The notes under the pieces were generated by a model that ran no database searches, was not told the DNA's origin, and worked only from the letters and a program-made list of their open reading frames with translations. From positions 1,702 to 65,701 of the forward strand of contig CALMJU010000045.1 in the NCBI GenBank assembly GCA_937864465.1: DNA of 64,000 nucleotides, in the 5' to 3' direction. The position numbers and the translations under genes were made by a program. This DNA is from an uncultured Acidobacteriota bacterium. GTDB taxonomy: Bacteria; Acidobacteriota; Polarisedimenticolia; Polarisedimenticolales; JAIQFR01. Positions 54,826 through 64,000 of this stretch are shown piece after piece (the first letter of the stretch is position 1; the number at the start of each line of letters is the position of its first letter).

Positions 54826-55062
54826 TCAGGCGTCCTTGAGGCCCAGGAACTCCTTCATCTGTCCCACGAGATAGTCGAAGTGCTGCGGATCCGCCGGGAC
54901 GAGACGGTACTCGTTGATCACCCGGACCTGCATGCCGAGCCACTCGCGCCAGCACCGCGCGCAGACGCGCTCGCTCACCAGGACGCCGATCTCTCCGGGC
55001 AGCGGCGGCTTCTCGAGCGCCGGCCCTTCTTCGCCGCATCGGGCGCAGGTGACCGCGGCCAT
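54826..55062 (-). CDS. yggX: oxidative-damage protection / Fe(II)-trafficking protein YggX
   Basis: ORF 54826..55062, 78 aa. CARCGEEGPALEKPPLPGEIG...CARCWREW..MQVRVINEYRL matches the YggX pattern. Confidence 0.85.
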   Translation of the reverse strand: MAAVTCARCGEEGPALEKPPLPGEIGVLVSERVCARCWREWLGMQVRVINEYRLVPADPQHFDYLVGQMKEFLGLKDA

Positions 55063-55216
55063 CGGCTCCCCCTGCCCCCGCGGGCCGGGGGCGCTCCATG
55101 GGGACCTACCTTAGAGCGTCCCCCGCGCCCGTGCAAGCGGGTATCATGGGCCGCGCCCGCGATGCCGCGCCCGCTCCGACCCGGTGCGGGGGCGCGGGCG
55201 CGAGGCCGAGGTGGCG

Positions 55217-55498
55217 ATGGCCGACGACAAGAAGGAGATCCCGATCAAGATTCCGGACGACGTCCTCCGCGGGGCCTACGCGAACCAGATGGTCGTCGCG
55301 CACACGCGAGAGGAGTTCCTCCTCGACTTCATCAATCTCTTCCCGCCGGGGGGGGTCGTCACCGCGAGGATCCTGGTCAGCCCGGGACACCTGAAGCGAA
55401 TGATCCGCGCCCTCGCGGACAACCTCGGGCGGTACGAGGCAAAGTTCGGGCCGGTCCCGGAGGCCGCCCCGCCGCACGGGGAGTCGTTCCAGAACTGA
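55217..55498 (+). CDS. DUF3467 domain protein
   Basis: ATG at 55217 inside ORF 55184..55498. GAYANQMVVAHTREEFLLDF..ARILVSPGHLKRM pattern of DUF3467, as I recall it. Confidence 0.65.
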   Translation: MADDKKEIPIKIPDDVLRGAYANQMVVAHTREEFLLDFINLFPPGGVVTARILVSPGHLKRMIRALADNLGRYEAKFGPVPEAAPPHGESFQN

Positions 55499-55514
55499 GC
55501 AGGTTCCCGGGGGG

Positions 55515-57512
55515 TCAGTCGGCGGCGTGCCGCACCCGCGCCGGAGTGCGGACGCCCGCGGCGACGGCGTGGGCCTCGGCCGCGGACCGCTCGAGCGCCT
55601 CCGGGCTCAGGCCCGCCTCCGCCAGCAGCCCGGCGCGCGAGCCGTGGGGGAGGAACGCGTCGGGGAGCCCCATCCGGACCACCCCCTCGAGCGGGAACCC
55701 CGAGGCGGCCAGGGCGTCGAGCACGCCCTCGCCGAACCCGCCCGGCACGGCGTTCTCCTCGACCGTGACGAGGACCGGGCAGGAAGCCCGCATCCGGGCC
55801 AGCACCTCGAGATCGATCGGCTTGACGAACCGGCAGTTGACGACCGCCGCGTCCATGCCGCGGACCGCCAGCAGGCGCCTCGCCTCGAGCGCGGTCTCGA
55901 CCATCGCCCCGACCGCGAGGAACGCGACGTCGCGCCCCTCCCGGAGCACCTCCCAGGACCCGATCGGCAACGAGCGCGGACGGGAGGAGGTGTCCAGCCC
56001 TTCCGGAACCACGTCCCGGGGAAAGCGGATCGCGAACGGCGCCGCTTCCTGCGCGAGCGCCGTGAACAGCAGATCCCGAAGCTCGTTCCCGTCCCGCGGC
56101 GCCGCCACGACCATGCCCGGGACGGACCGCAGGTAGCTCAGGTCGAGCGCGCCGTGGTGCGTCGGGCCGTCCGCGCCGACGAGGCCCGCCCGATCCACGG
56201 CGAACACGACCGGCAGGCCCTGGAGGGCGACGTCGTGCAGGATCTGGTCGTAGGCGCGCTGGAGGAACGTCGAGTAGATCGTCACGACGGGCCGCGCGCC
56301 GTCGCAGGCCAGGCCCGCGGCGAAGCAGACGGCGTGGCCCTCCGCGATGCCGACGTCGAAGAATCGGTCGGGATACCGGTCGCGGAACGCCGCCAGCCCG
56401 GTCCCCGACGCCATCGCGGCGGTGATCGCGACCATCCTCGGGTACGTCTCGGCCGCCTCGAGCATCGCCTCGCCGAACGCCTCGGTGAAGGACGAGCCAG
56501 GGGAGATCGCGGCGATCGGCTCTCCCGTGCGGCGGTCGAACGGCTGCACGCCGTGGAACGACTCGTCGTCCACCTCGGCGGCGGGAAGCCCCTTCCCCTT
56601 CCGCGTCAGGACGTGCAGGAGAACCGGGCCCGGGCGCTCGAGCACCTTCGGGATCAGGTCGAGCAGGAGATCGAGGTCGTGCCCGTCCACGGGGCCGAAG
56701 TAGTTGAAGCCTAGCGCCTGGAACAGCCCGCCGGGCGCCAGGGCGCTGTTCACGGCGGCCTCGAGCCTCTCCGCGATCTCGCGCATCTGGGGTCCCTTCG
56801 GGAGCCTGCGGAGCAGGTTCAGGCTCTCGTCGCGGATCTTCTTGATGCGCGGGTTGGTCTTGATGCTCGTCAGGTACTGCGCGATCGCGCCGACGTTCGG
56901 CGCGATCGACATCCCGTTGTCGTTGAGCACGACGAGGAGATCCCTCCCCGAGTGCCCCGCGTTGTTGAGCGCCTCGTACGCGAGCCCTCCCGTGATCGCC
57001 CCGTCTCCGACGACGGCGGCGACCCGGTAGCGCAGCCCGGCGAGGTCCCGGGCCGTCGCCATGCCCAGGGCCCCGGAGATCGCGGTCGAGGCGTGGCCCG
57101 CGCCGAAGGCGTCGTAGCGGCTCTCCTCCCGCCTCAGGAATCCGGAGATCCCGTCCCTCTGCCGGATCGTCCAGAGAGCCTCCCTCCGCCCGGTCAGGAT
57201 CTTGTGGACGTAGGCCTGGTGCCCCGTGTCCCAGACGATCCGGTCCTCGGGCAGGTCGAGACAGGTCTCGAGGGCGACCGTCAGCTCGACCACCCCGAGG
57301 CTCGCCCCGAGGTGGCCGCCCTTCTGGGACACGACGTCGATCACGAACTCCCGCGCCTCCGCGCAGAGCGCGCGGAGATCCTCGCGGGACAGGCGCTTGA
57401 GGTCGGAGGGCGCGGACACCCTCTCGAGGACGCTCTCCCTCCCCCGCCCGGCGACCTCCGGGTCGATCTTCGCGGGCTCCGCGCGCCGCCGGCCGCGAAC
57501 GGTTCGCTGCAT
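55515..57512 (-). CDS. dxs: 1-deoxy-D-xylulose-5-phosphate synthase
   Basis: ORF 55515..57512. GGHLGASLG, WDTGHQAY(V)HK, GDGAITGGLAYEALNNAG, IAEGHAV, HHGALD. The N-terminal ~25 aa may be shorter if an internal GTG is used. Confidence 0.95.
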   Translation of the reverse strand: MQRTVRGRRRAEPAKIDPEVAGRGRESVLERVSAPSDLKRLSREDLRALCAEAREFVIDVVSQKGGHLGASLGVVELTVALETCLDLPEDRIVWDTGHQAYVHKILTGRREALWTIRQRDGISGFLRREESRYDAFGAGHASTAISGALGMATARDLAGLRYRVAAVVGDGAITGGLAYEALNNAGHSGRDLLVVLNDNGMSIAPNVGAIAQYLTSIKTNPRIKKIRDESLNLLRRLPKGPQMREIAERLEAAVNSALAPGGLFQALGFNYFGPVDGHDLDLLLDLIPKVLERPGPVLLHVLTRKGKGLPAAEVDDESFHGVQPFDRRTGEPIAAISPGSSFTEAFGEAMLEAAETYPRMVAITAAMASGTGLAAFRDRYPDRFFDVGIAEGHAVCFAAGLACDGARPVVTIYSTFLQRAYDQILHDVALQGLPVVFAVDRAGLVGADGPTHHGALDLSYLRSVPGMVVAAPRDGNELRDLLFTALAQEAAPFAIRFPRDVVPEGLDTSSRPRSLPIGSWEVLREGRDVAFLAVGAMVETALEARRLLAVRGMDAAVVNCRFVKPIDLEVLARMRASCPVLVTVEENAVPGGFGEGVLDALAASGFPLEGVVRMGLPDAFLPHGSRAGLLAEAGLSPEALERSAAEAHAVAAGVRTPARVRHAAD

Positions 57513-57554
57513 CGGGTCGCACTCCCTCTCGCCGGGTCCTCTCCCGGCCCCACT

Positions 57555-58688
57555 CTATCGGAGCCCGCTCGGAGCCGCTAGGGCGCCGCGCGGGGCTTCC
57601 CGGCGGCGGGTGATCTCGAGCATCCTCTCGAGCGCGAGCCTCGCGCCGGCGGCCACGCCGTCGGGGACGGTGACCTCGTGGACGGCCCTCCCCGCGGCCA
57701 GCTCGTCGAGGGTGAAGAGCAGGTGCTGCGGGTCGATCCGATTCATGGTCGCGCAGACGCCGGTCCCCGCGAGAAGCGGGAGGATCGTCCTGTCCGGATG
57801 CGTCCTCGCCAGCCTGGACACCAGGTGCAGCTCCGTCCCGATGCCGAGGATCGAGCCCGCGGGGGCGGCGGCGACCTCGCGGACGATGTCGGCCGTGGAT
57901 CCGACCCCGTCGGCCGCTTCGACGACGTCGAGAGGGCACTCCCAGTGCACGAGCACCCTCGCTCCGGGGAAACGCCTCCGGAACGCCTCGATCTGCTTCC
58001 CGTCGAACCTCGTGTGGACCCTGCAGTGTCCCTTCCAGAGCAGCACCGCCGCGGAAGCGACCTCGTCCCGCCCCAGGCCTCCCGTCTCGCGCGAGGGATC
58101 CCAGAGTCTCATCCCGTCGAGCGGGATCCCCTTCCGCGATCCGACGTTCCGGCCGAGATGCTGGTCCGGCAGGAAGAACAGGGCCTTCCCCTGCTCCAGG
58201 GCCCAGTCGTACACCGCGCCCGCGTTCGACGACGTACACACGGCTCCGCCCCGCTCGCCCACGAACGCCTTGACGGCCGCGGAGGAGTTGACGTAGGTGA
58301 TCGGGATCACTCCGCCCGGGTCCCGCGCGGCGGCCATCTCCTCCCAGGCGACCTCCACCTCGTCGATCTCCGCCATGTCCGCCATCGAGCATCCCGCCTC
58401 GCGGTCGGGCAGGAGCACGCGCTGGCGAGGCTCCGCCAGGATGCGGGCGGTCTCGGCCATGAAGTGCACTCCGCAGAACACGATCCAGCGCGCCTCTCCG
58501 CGCGCCGCGGCCCCCTTCGCCAGTGCATACGAGTCCCCGGTCAGGTCGGCGAAGCGGATCACCTCGTCCCGCTGGTAGTGGTGCCCGAGGACGAGCACCT
58601 CGTCGCCCAGGAGGCTCCGTACCCCGGCGATCCGGTCGACGGCTTCCGAATCCGTGAGGGATGCCCACGCTTCCGGCAGGCTGGTCAT
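57555..58688 (-). CDS. nadA: quinolinate synthase
   Basis: ORF 57555..58688. VLGHHYQ, CGVHFMAETA, AGCSMA, YVNSSA, VCTSSNA, CATMNRI (three conserved cluster Cys). Confidence 0.9.
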   Translation of the reverse strand: MTSLPEAWASLTDSEAVDRIAGVRSLLGDEVLVLGHHYQRDEVIRFADLTGDSYALAKGAAARGEARWIVFCGVHFMAETARILAEPRQRVLLPDREAGCSMADMAEIDEVEVAWEEMAAARDPGGVIPITYVNSSAAVKAFVGERGGAVCTSSNAGAVYDWALEQGKALFFLPDQHLGRNVGSRKGIPLDGMRLWDPSRETGGLGRDEVASAAVLLWKGHCRVHTRFDGKQIEAFRRRFPGARVLVHWECPLDVVEAADGVGSTADIVREVAAAPAGSILGIGTELHLVSRLARTHPDRTILPLLAGTGVCATMNRIDPQHLLFTLDELAAGRAVHEVTVPDGVAAGARLALERMLEITRRREAPRGALAAPSGLR

Positions 58689-58746
58689 GCGGTGCGCTCG
58701 CGCCGGGAACGGCGGCCGCCGCGGCTTCCCGACCGGGCCATTATAG

Positions 58747-59304
58747 TCACGGCGCCGAGCCGCCGCCCTCCGCCGCGGCCGCGAGCAGCTCCTCGACAGC
58801 GGCCCGGAGATCGACGATCGGGCCGTCGTTCCGCAGCACGCGATCCGCGAGCCGGAACGTCTCCAGGAGCTGTTGCGCGTCGGGATCCCGCGAGTTCTCC
58901 TGCCGCTCCCGCCGGCGGAGCTCCCGGAGGGTTTGCGGATCCCCCGGCCGGCTCCTGCGGAGCAGCCTCTCGAGCCGGACCTCCTCGGGAGCGTCCACCG
59001 CGATCAGGAAGAACCCCTTCGCGCGGCGCAGCACCGCGACCTCCGCGGGATTCCGGATCGAGTCCACGACGTCGCGCCCGGTGAGCCTGGGAAGAACGCG
59101 CTCGGCGAGAACGCCAGCGCCCCACTGCCTGCGCAGATCGTTCCCGATGCGGATCAGGTGCTCGCGCTCCGTCCCGAGCCCCCGTGCGACCGCCTCCTCG
59201 CGCACGATGTCGGAGAGCGAGTGAACTCGGAACCCCCGGGACGCGAGGAAGGACGCGACCTCCCCTTTCCCGGCCGCGTTCGGGCCCGTCAGTCCGATCA
59301 GCAT
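58747..59304 (-). CDS. P-loop nucleotide kinase-like protein (dephospho-CoA kinase / dNMP kinase-like)
   Basis: ORF 58747..59304. LIGLTGPNAAGKGEV Walker A, 185 aa. Substrate not inferable. Confidence 0.6.
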   Translation of the reverse strand: MLIGLTGPNAAGKGEVASFLASRGFRVHSLSDIVREEAVARGLGTEREHLIRIGNDLRRQWGAGVLAERVLPRLTGRDVVDSIRNPAEVAVLRRAKGFFLIAVDAPEEVRLERLLRRSRPGDPQTLRELRRRERQENSRDPDAQQLLETFRLADRVLRNDGPIVDLRAAVEELLAAAAEGGGSAP

Positions 59305-59340
59305 CCGCAGGTCCCCGGGGGCGCGAGGGGCGAAGGGCGG

Positions 59341-60039
59341 TCACTCCGGCGGCGGGACATCGTCCTGCGGAGCCGGATCCGTCGAGGTCTCCGGAACCGT
59401 CCCCTCGGGAGCGGGCGTCTCGGCCGTCTCCGTCCCGGAAGGCCGCGCGGCGGCCGGTGCGGTCCGCGACGAGAACCTCGCCAGTCCGGTGCGGCCTTTG
59501 GACGGAGCCTGCACCGTGAGCCCCCGCTTCTCCGCGTCCTCCGGGCCGGACATCCGGGAAGCGCGGTTCCCCATCGCGCGGAACCGTCCCGAGGCGATGT
59601 TGCCCCGGTCCGAGGTGCGCGCACCGATGTCGGTGTACTGCGACTCCCCGGCGGCGTCGGGCCGCTGTTTGGGGGAGCGGAACCGGGACGGCACGGAGCC
59701 CGCGCCCGACACCGTGAGGTCCGGGGCCGGGAGAGCGACGTCCTCCGCGGCGGCCTCGCCGGAGCCCGCCGCGGCGCCGACCGCCTGGTTCGCCGGGTGA
59801 TACGTCGGATTGAGGAACACGTTCCTGCCCGCCGACTCGATCTTGTCCACCATGTAGACGGGGAACGCCATGCGAGCGTCGGCTCCCAGGTCCACCGAGA
59901 TCATGTCGCTCTCGATCCGATGCGACCGGATCGGCAGCGACGTCCCGTTCGTGAAGTAGATCACTTCGTCGGCCCACGCGGAGGCCGCGAGCAGCACGGC
60001 GATGAGCGCCACGAACGCCGCCCTTGCCCGACCCGACAT
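59341..60039 (-). CDS. hypothetical secreted protein with disordered C-terminal half
   Basis: ATG at 60039 with GGAGA upstream, inside ORF 59341..60111. Signal peptide MSGRARAAFVALIAVLLAASAWA. No family recognised. Confidence 0.5.
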   Translation of the reverse strand: MSGRARAAFVALIAVLLAASAWADEVIYFTNGTSLPIRSHRIESDMISVDLGADARMAFPVYMVDKIESAGRNVFLNPTYHPANQAVGAAAGSGEAAAEDVALPAPDLTVSGAGSVPSRFRSPKQRPDAAGESQYTDIGARTSDRGNIASGRFRAMGNRASRMSGPEDAEKRGLTVQAPSKGRTGLARFSSRTAPAAARPSGTETAETPAPEGTVPETSTDPAPQDDVPPPE

Positions 60040-60141
60040 GGCCGTCTCCTCTCCCCCCATGGCCGGTTGAGGCCCGGCGGTAAGTGTACGCCGACCCCCC
60101 CACCCCGGCAACAGCGGGGCCTCCGGGGACGCGGCGCCCGT

Positions 60142-60170
60142 TTGCGGCGACCGCGGCGGGTCCTTACAAT
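60142..60170 (+). promoter_or_regulatory. promoter candidate implying a leaderless mRNA
   Basis: TTGCGG (60142..60147), a 17-nt spacer, then TACAAT (60165..60170). The ATG at 60178 lies only 7 nt after the -10 box and has no SD sequence. Confidence 0.4.
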
Positions 60171-60177
60171 CCCGCCC

Positions 60178-60654
60178 ATGGACGCCAAACGCATGCTCTG
60201 CGCCCTCGCTCTGGGCTTCGCCGTGTCGGTCGCCGCCTCGGGCTCACCGGCTCCCGAGCTCCCGTCCGGCCCCGTCGTCAAGGTGGACGTCTCGGTCTCG
60301 CCGACGGCGGTCGCTCCCGGCGGCGAGGCCGAGGTCACCGTGAAGGTGGCCCCCCGACCCGGGATCAAGCTGAACCGCTACCCCAGGATCCGGGTCGCCG
60401 TTCCGGAAGTGGCGGGGCTGGTCGCGGCGGCCGAGGGATCGGTCGGAAACGACGCTCCCCCGCCGCCGGAAAAGCTGGAAGGCAACTACTTCCGGTCGGT
60501 GGAGCCGGTCCGGCTGAAGCTGCGCATCGACGGCTCGGCGACGAAGGGCAGGCACGGGATCGAGGCGAAGCTGTCGTACGCCTACTGCGTCGCGGCGAGC
60601 GGCTTCTGCTCCCCCGCCAAGGAGACCCTGCGGATCCCCGTCACGATTCGATGA
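60178..60654 (+). CDS. secreted protein resembling the DsbD N-terminal (thiol:disulfide interchange) domain
   Basis: ATG at 60178 inside ORF 58873..60654. Signal peptide MDAKRMLCALALGFAVSVAASG. Ig-like region. C-terminal YAYCVAASGFCSPAKE Cys pair. Confidence 0.55.
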   Translation: MDAKRMLCALALGFAVSVAASGSPAPELPSGPVVKVDVSVSPTAVAPGGEAEVTVKVAPRPGIKLNRYPRIRVAVPEVAGLVAAAEGSVGNDAPPPPEKLEGNYFRSVEPVRLKLRIDGSATKGRHGIEAKLSYAYCVAASGFCSPAKETLRIPVTIR

Positions 60655-61645
60655 CGATCAGCCCCTTCCGCGCGATCCGGACCGGGAGGACGCGGGCGCC
60701 GGCGCGCTCCATCGCTTCCGCGACCGCGTCCCTGCGCCCCTCGCGGCAGAGCGCGACGACGCAGCCGCCTCCCCCCGCCCCGCAGACCTTCGCGCCCAGG
60801 GCCCCGGCTCGCCTCGCCGCCCCGTCCACCGCGAGGATGCGGCGCGTCGCGACGCTCCCGGCCAGCCCGTAGCGGAGACGCCCCTCCTCCCCGAGGAGCC
60901 TCCCCGCGGCCTCGAGATCCCCTTCCCGGAGCGCCGCCCGCATTCCGCGCGAGATGCGCGCGATCGCCCGCATGCGGCGCCGGGCGCCGGGGTCCCCTTC
61001 CACCGTGCGGCGGAACATCTCCCAGTTGCTGAACCCCGACCCGCGCGGCTCTCCCGTGTACGCGAGAACCAGCCTCTCCTCCAGGCCGCGGGGCACGGGA
61101 ATCCCCTCGCGAACCGTCCCGTCGAACCCGTGATGGTACGCGGCCAGGCCGCCGTGGAGGGCCGCGAGATGATCCTGGTTTCCGGTCGGGACTCCGATCT
61201 CGACAGCCTCGACGTTGCCGACGCGCCGCAGGAGAGCGGATCGCCCGACCCGCTCCCCCGTGAATCTCGCGAGGGCCGCGCCCGCGGCGACCCCGAGCGC
61301 GGACGAGCCCCCGAGCCCGGCGCCCGCCGGCGCCTCCGCGCGGGTCACCAGCTCGAAGCCGTCGGCGACGCCGAACGCCGCCGTGAGCCGTGCGAGCAGC
61401 GCGAGAGGCCCTGCGGCATCCTCGGGGCGCAGCGGCACCCGGAACCGGGCCTGCGCGCGGCGGTCCCGCGACCGGATCCGGGCGACATCCCCCGCCAGCG
61501 GCCGCACGCGGGCCGTCGCCCGCAGATCGACGGCGACGTTTACGGTGATCGCCCCCGGAACGATCACGGTCAGGGGCCAGATGTCGAGCGTGCCGCCCGC
61601 CAGGTCGATCCGGGTGGGTGCCGACGCCTCGACGACCCGGCTCAT
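60641..61645 (-). CDS. GHMP-family sugar kinase (heptose/fucose-kinase-like)
   Basis: ATG at 61645 inside ORF 60641..61990. APTRIDLAGGTLD, PAGAGLGGSSALGVA (GHMP motif II), KVCGAGGGG (motif III). The 3' end overlaps the convergent gene by 14 nt. Confidence 0.8.
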   Translation of the reverse strand: MSRVVEASAPTRIDLAGGTLDIWPLTVIVPGAITVNVAVDLRATARVRPLAGDVARIRSRDRRAQARFRVPLRPEDAAGPLALLARLTAAFGVADGFELVTRAEAPAGAGLGGSSALGVAAGAALARFTGERVGRSALLRRVGNVEAVEIGVPTGNQDHLAALHGGLAAYHHGFDGTVREGIPVPRGLEERLVLAYTGEPRGSGFSNWEMFRRTVEGDPGARRRMRAIARISRGMRAALREGDLEAAGRLLGEEGRLRYGLAGSVATRRILAVDGAARRAGALGAKVCGAGGGGCVVALCREGRRDAVAEAMERAGARVLPVRIARKGLIVIES

Positions 61646-61929
61646 TCCGGGCTCCCCTCCGGGGCGCTCTCCCCGCGGTCGCTCCCGCCCGTCTCGAAGC
61701 CCGCCGCCCGGTGCTCCGCGAGCACCTCGACCGCCCGGTCCCGCGCGGAAGGCGGCACGAAGATCCGGATCTCGCCGAGCCCGTCCACGGTGAGCGGCGA
61801 GACCGAATGGGGAATGTCCGAGACGACCTGGCAAGGGATCCCGTAGGAGTCGAGGAGCCCCCGCACGATCTCCGCCTCGCCGTCGTTCCACGTCCGCATC
61901 AGCAGCACTCCCGAGGCGTTCTCCGTCAT
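61642..61929 (-). CDS. DUF2007-like small protein (putative signal-transducing domain)
   Basis: ORF 61642..61929, 95 aa, ATGA overlap with the GHMP kinase. EAEIVRGLLDSYGIPCQV...RIFVPPSARDRAVEVL pattern. Confidence 0.6.
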   Translation of the reverse strand: MTENASGVLLMRTWNDGEAEIVRGLLDSYGIPCQVVSDIPHSVSPLTVDGLGEIRIFVPPSARDRAVEVLAEHRAAGFETGGSDRGESAPEGSPE

Positions 61930-62091
61930 GGCGCCTCCGACTCTCCGGCTCGGACGATCCGGCCCGGGGCGACGCGCATCGGCGGACCATCCGGATGGGG
62001 AGCCGTTATGCTACACCGCCGGCGGGCGGCCCGCGGGCACGCCCCTCCTCGCGGTCCCGCGAGTACAATCGGTCCTTCCGGAGAGCTGCTC

Positions 62092-63702
62092 TTGCAACGA
62101 CGCCTCGGCACCCGGCTCGCGACGCTCGCGCTCCTTCCCGCTCTCTCGGCGGCCGGCCCCCCGGCCGACTCCATCCGCGAGAGGGACATCGCCGCCACCC
62201 TCCGCTTCCTCTCGTCCGCGGAGCTCGAGGGACGCGGCGCAGCCGGCCGGGGGGGGGCCGTGGCCGCGGCGTACCTCGCTTCCCGCCTGGAGGCGATCGG
62301 GCTCCTTCCGGACGGCGACCCGGGGCCCGAGGGCGCTTCCTTCTTCCAGGAGATCCCCGGCGTCGAGGCCCGCTTCGATGCGGCCGGATCCTGGATCGAG
62401 TCCCGGACCGCGGGGGCCGCGCCCCGCCGCTTCGCCGCCGGCCCGGGAGCCTTCCTCGCCGTTCCGGATCGAGCGGACACGGTCGAGGTGCGGGGAGAGG
62501 CGGTGTTCGCCGGGTTCGGGATCCGGGCGCCGGAGCACTCGCACGACGACTACGCCGGGCTCCACGTCGCCGGCAAGATCGTGATCGCCTTCTCGGGAGA
62601 GCCCGGCGAGACCGATCCGGCGTCGCGGTGGAGCGGCGTACGCTCCACCCGTCACGCGACGACCGCGGCCAAGGAGGCCCTCGCGAGGTCGCTCGGGGCG
62701 GCGGCTCTCCTGATCGTGCCCAACCCGTCGGGCAGGGCGCCGACCGCAGCGGACCTCGTGCGCGGCAGGGCGGACGAGATGTCGGAGCCCTGGCTCGGGG
62801 TGGAAGGCGCGGAGCCTCCCCTGCCGACCGTCTACCTGGAACCGGAGACCGCCGCGGCGCTCCTCGCGGGCAGCGGGATCGACCCCCGCGCTCCCTCCGC
62901 GGACCTCGAGGCGTCGAAGCCCGCCGGCCGGGCGCTCGCGGGCCGCGAGATCGCCGTGCGCCTGGCGTATCGCGACCGGAGGCCGGTCCCTCTCCGCAAC
63001 GTCGTCGGGCGCCTCGGGTCCGGGAAGGCCCTCGACGGGGAGGTCGTGGTCCTCGGAGCGCACTTCGACCACCTGGGAACGGCGGGGGGCGCGTTGCACC
63101 CGGGAGCGAACGACAACGCCTCGGGGGTGTCGGCGCTCCTGGCCGTCGCCGGCGCCCTCGCGAGCGCCCCTCCCCCGGGGGGGCGCGAGATCCTCGTCGT
63201 CTTCTGGACGGCCGAGGAGCGGGGCCGGCTCGGGTCGTCCTGGTTCGTCTCCCATCCCCCGGTGCCGGGGGCGCGGATCGCCGCCGCCGTCAACCTCGAC
63301 GTGCTCGGCAGGTCCAACTTCGACCGGCCGGAGTACGCGAACGCGATCCAGCTGATCTACAGCGCCGCGGCCCCCGTGCTCCGCGATCTCGCCGCGCGCG
63401 CGAACGAGGAGGCCGGCTTCGACCTCCGATTCCATCCCGCGCTCCGGCTCCAGCCGGTGGGAGACCACTACTCGTTCGCGGAGGCCGGGCTCCCCGTCGT
63501 CTTCGTCTTCTCGGGCTACTACGACGAGTACCACGGCGTCGGGGACACGGCGGACAGGATCGACGTCTCCCGCATCGCGCGCACGGCCCGCCTCGTCGCC
63601 CGTCTGGCGCGCCTGCTCGCCGAGCACCCGGCCCCGATCCGCCTCGACCCCTCGATCCGCGAGGCGCCGAAGCCGGACCCGTTCGAGCGCCCGGAGCACT
63701 GA
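62092..63702 (+). CDS. M28-family aminopeptidase with PA domain, secreted
   Basis: TTG at 62092 with GGAGAG 6 nt upstream (alternative ATG at 62008), inside ORF 61618..63702. Signal-like RLATLALLPALSAAG. GAHFDHLG, PGANDNASGVSALL, WTAEERGRLGS, DEYHGVGD. Confidence 0.85.
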   Translation: MQRRLGTRLATLALLPALSAAGPPADSIRERDIAATLRFLSSAELEGRGAAGRGGAVAAAYLASRLEAIGLLPDGDPGPEGASFFQEIPGVEARFDAAGSWIESRTAGAAPRRFAAGPGAFLAVPDRADTVEVRGEAVFAGFGIRAPEHSHDDYAGLHVAGKIVIAFSGEPGETDPASRWSGVRSTRHATTAAKEALARSLGAAALLIVPNPSGRAPTAADLVRGRADEMSEPWLGVEGAEPPLPTVYLEPETAAALLAGSGIDPRAPSADLEASKPAGRALAGREIAVRLAYRDRRPVPLRNVVGRLGSGKALDGEVVVLGAHFDHLGTAGGALHPGANDNASGVSALLAVAGALASAPPPGGREILVVFWTAEERGRLGSSWFVSHPPVPGARIAAAVNLDVLGRSNFDRPEYANAIQLIYSAAAPVLRDLAARANEEAGFDLRFHPALRLQPVGDHYSFAEAGLPVVFVFSGYYDEYHGVGDTADRIDVSRIARTARLVARLARLLAEHPAPIRLDPSIREAPKPDPFERPEH

Positions 63703-63717
63703 CCCCCGCGCGCCGGC

Positions 63718-64000
63718 TCAGGGGACCTTGGACCTCTCGTCGCGGCGCTCGACGAAGCTCCGCTTCGTCGACGAGGTCGAGACCTCCCCCAGCACCTGCG
63801 CCCCCTCCGCGACGTCCAGCCTCCCGGCGACGATGCGTCCCTCGATCCTCGCCGCGGCGCCGATCTCGAGCCGGCCCCCCACATCGACCGGCCCCTCCAC
63901 CGTTCCCTCGATCTTCGCCTCGGAGGCCCGGACCGGCCCCCGCACCCTTCCGGAGGGCACGATGCGGACGCGGCCCGCGACCGCGAGGGCTCCCTCGAGC
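63718..64000 (-). CDS. bactofilin (polymer-forming cytoskeletal protein), C-terminal part; gene runs off the right edge
   Basis: ORF 63718..63960 stays open to position 64000 in the same frame. Repetitive beta-helix pattern VRGPVRASEAKIEGTVEGPVDVGGRLEIGAAARIEGRIVAGRLDVAEGAQV. Confidence 0.8.
   Translation of the reverse strand, partial: LEGALAVAGRVRIVPSGRVRGPVRASEAKIEGTVEGPVDVGGRLEIGAAARIEGRIVAGRLDVAEGAQVLGEVSTSSTKRSFVERRDERSKVP

Noticed and set aside
55276-58668. 1130-aa minus-strand ORF spanning dxs and nadA
   Set aside because: It is an alternative frame of two well-supported genes, and the translation is R/G/P-rich.

Overview
High-GC (about 70% by eye, not computed) bacterial chromosomal segment. 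It is densely packed with about 61 protein genes, nearly all core housekeeping. Many neighbours are joined by 1-4 nt start/stop overlaps (ATGA/GTGA/TTGA). Recognised content, left to right:
- tgt-queA-nfo operon
- asnS-rimO-pgpA-ribF-tmk-holB operon, preceded by an EF-G family gene
- nnr-tsaE, guaB, secA
- hopanoid/squalene genes hpnCDE
- rny, typA
- a BamA/TamA-like outer-membrane protein
- a succinate dehydrogenase/fumarate reductase operon in the order A-C-D-B
- sppA, dxs, nadA
- an M28 peptidase and a truncated bactofilin

Gram-negative, hopanoid-making, Acidobacteriota-like ancestry is inference only. I recognised no rRNA, tRNA, CRISPR array, transposase, integrase or obvious defence island.

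Because of the GC content, the ORF track is full of long antisense or alternative-frame shadow ORFs. I trimmed or rejected these using protein-family signatures and start-codon/SD context.

Most noteworthy observations:
1. A peroxiredoxin gene is split by ORF calling at an in-frame TGA. The TGA sits exactly at the peroxidatic-Cys codon and is followed 11 nt later by an fdhF-like SECIS hairpin, so this is a likely selenoprotein.
2. A 634-nt gene-free, strongly structured region lies between the rlmD-like gene and nnr. It has promoter- and terminator-like signals and a 28-position helix. It matches no RNA class I can recognise.
3. An Acs-like AMP-ligase / dedicated ACP / alpha-oxoamine-synthase cassette sits next to a second Kbl-type paralog. 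This resembles the first steps of bacterial sphingoid-base synthesis.
4. Several short repeat or palindrome arrays lie in divergent promoter regions.

All family calls come from reading the translations. No database search was run.
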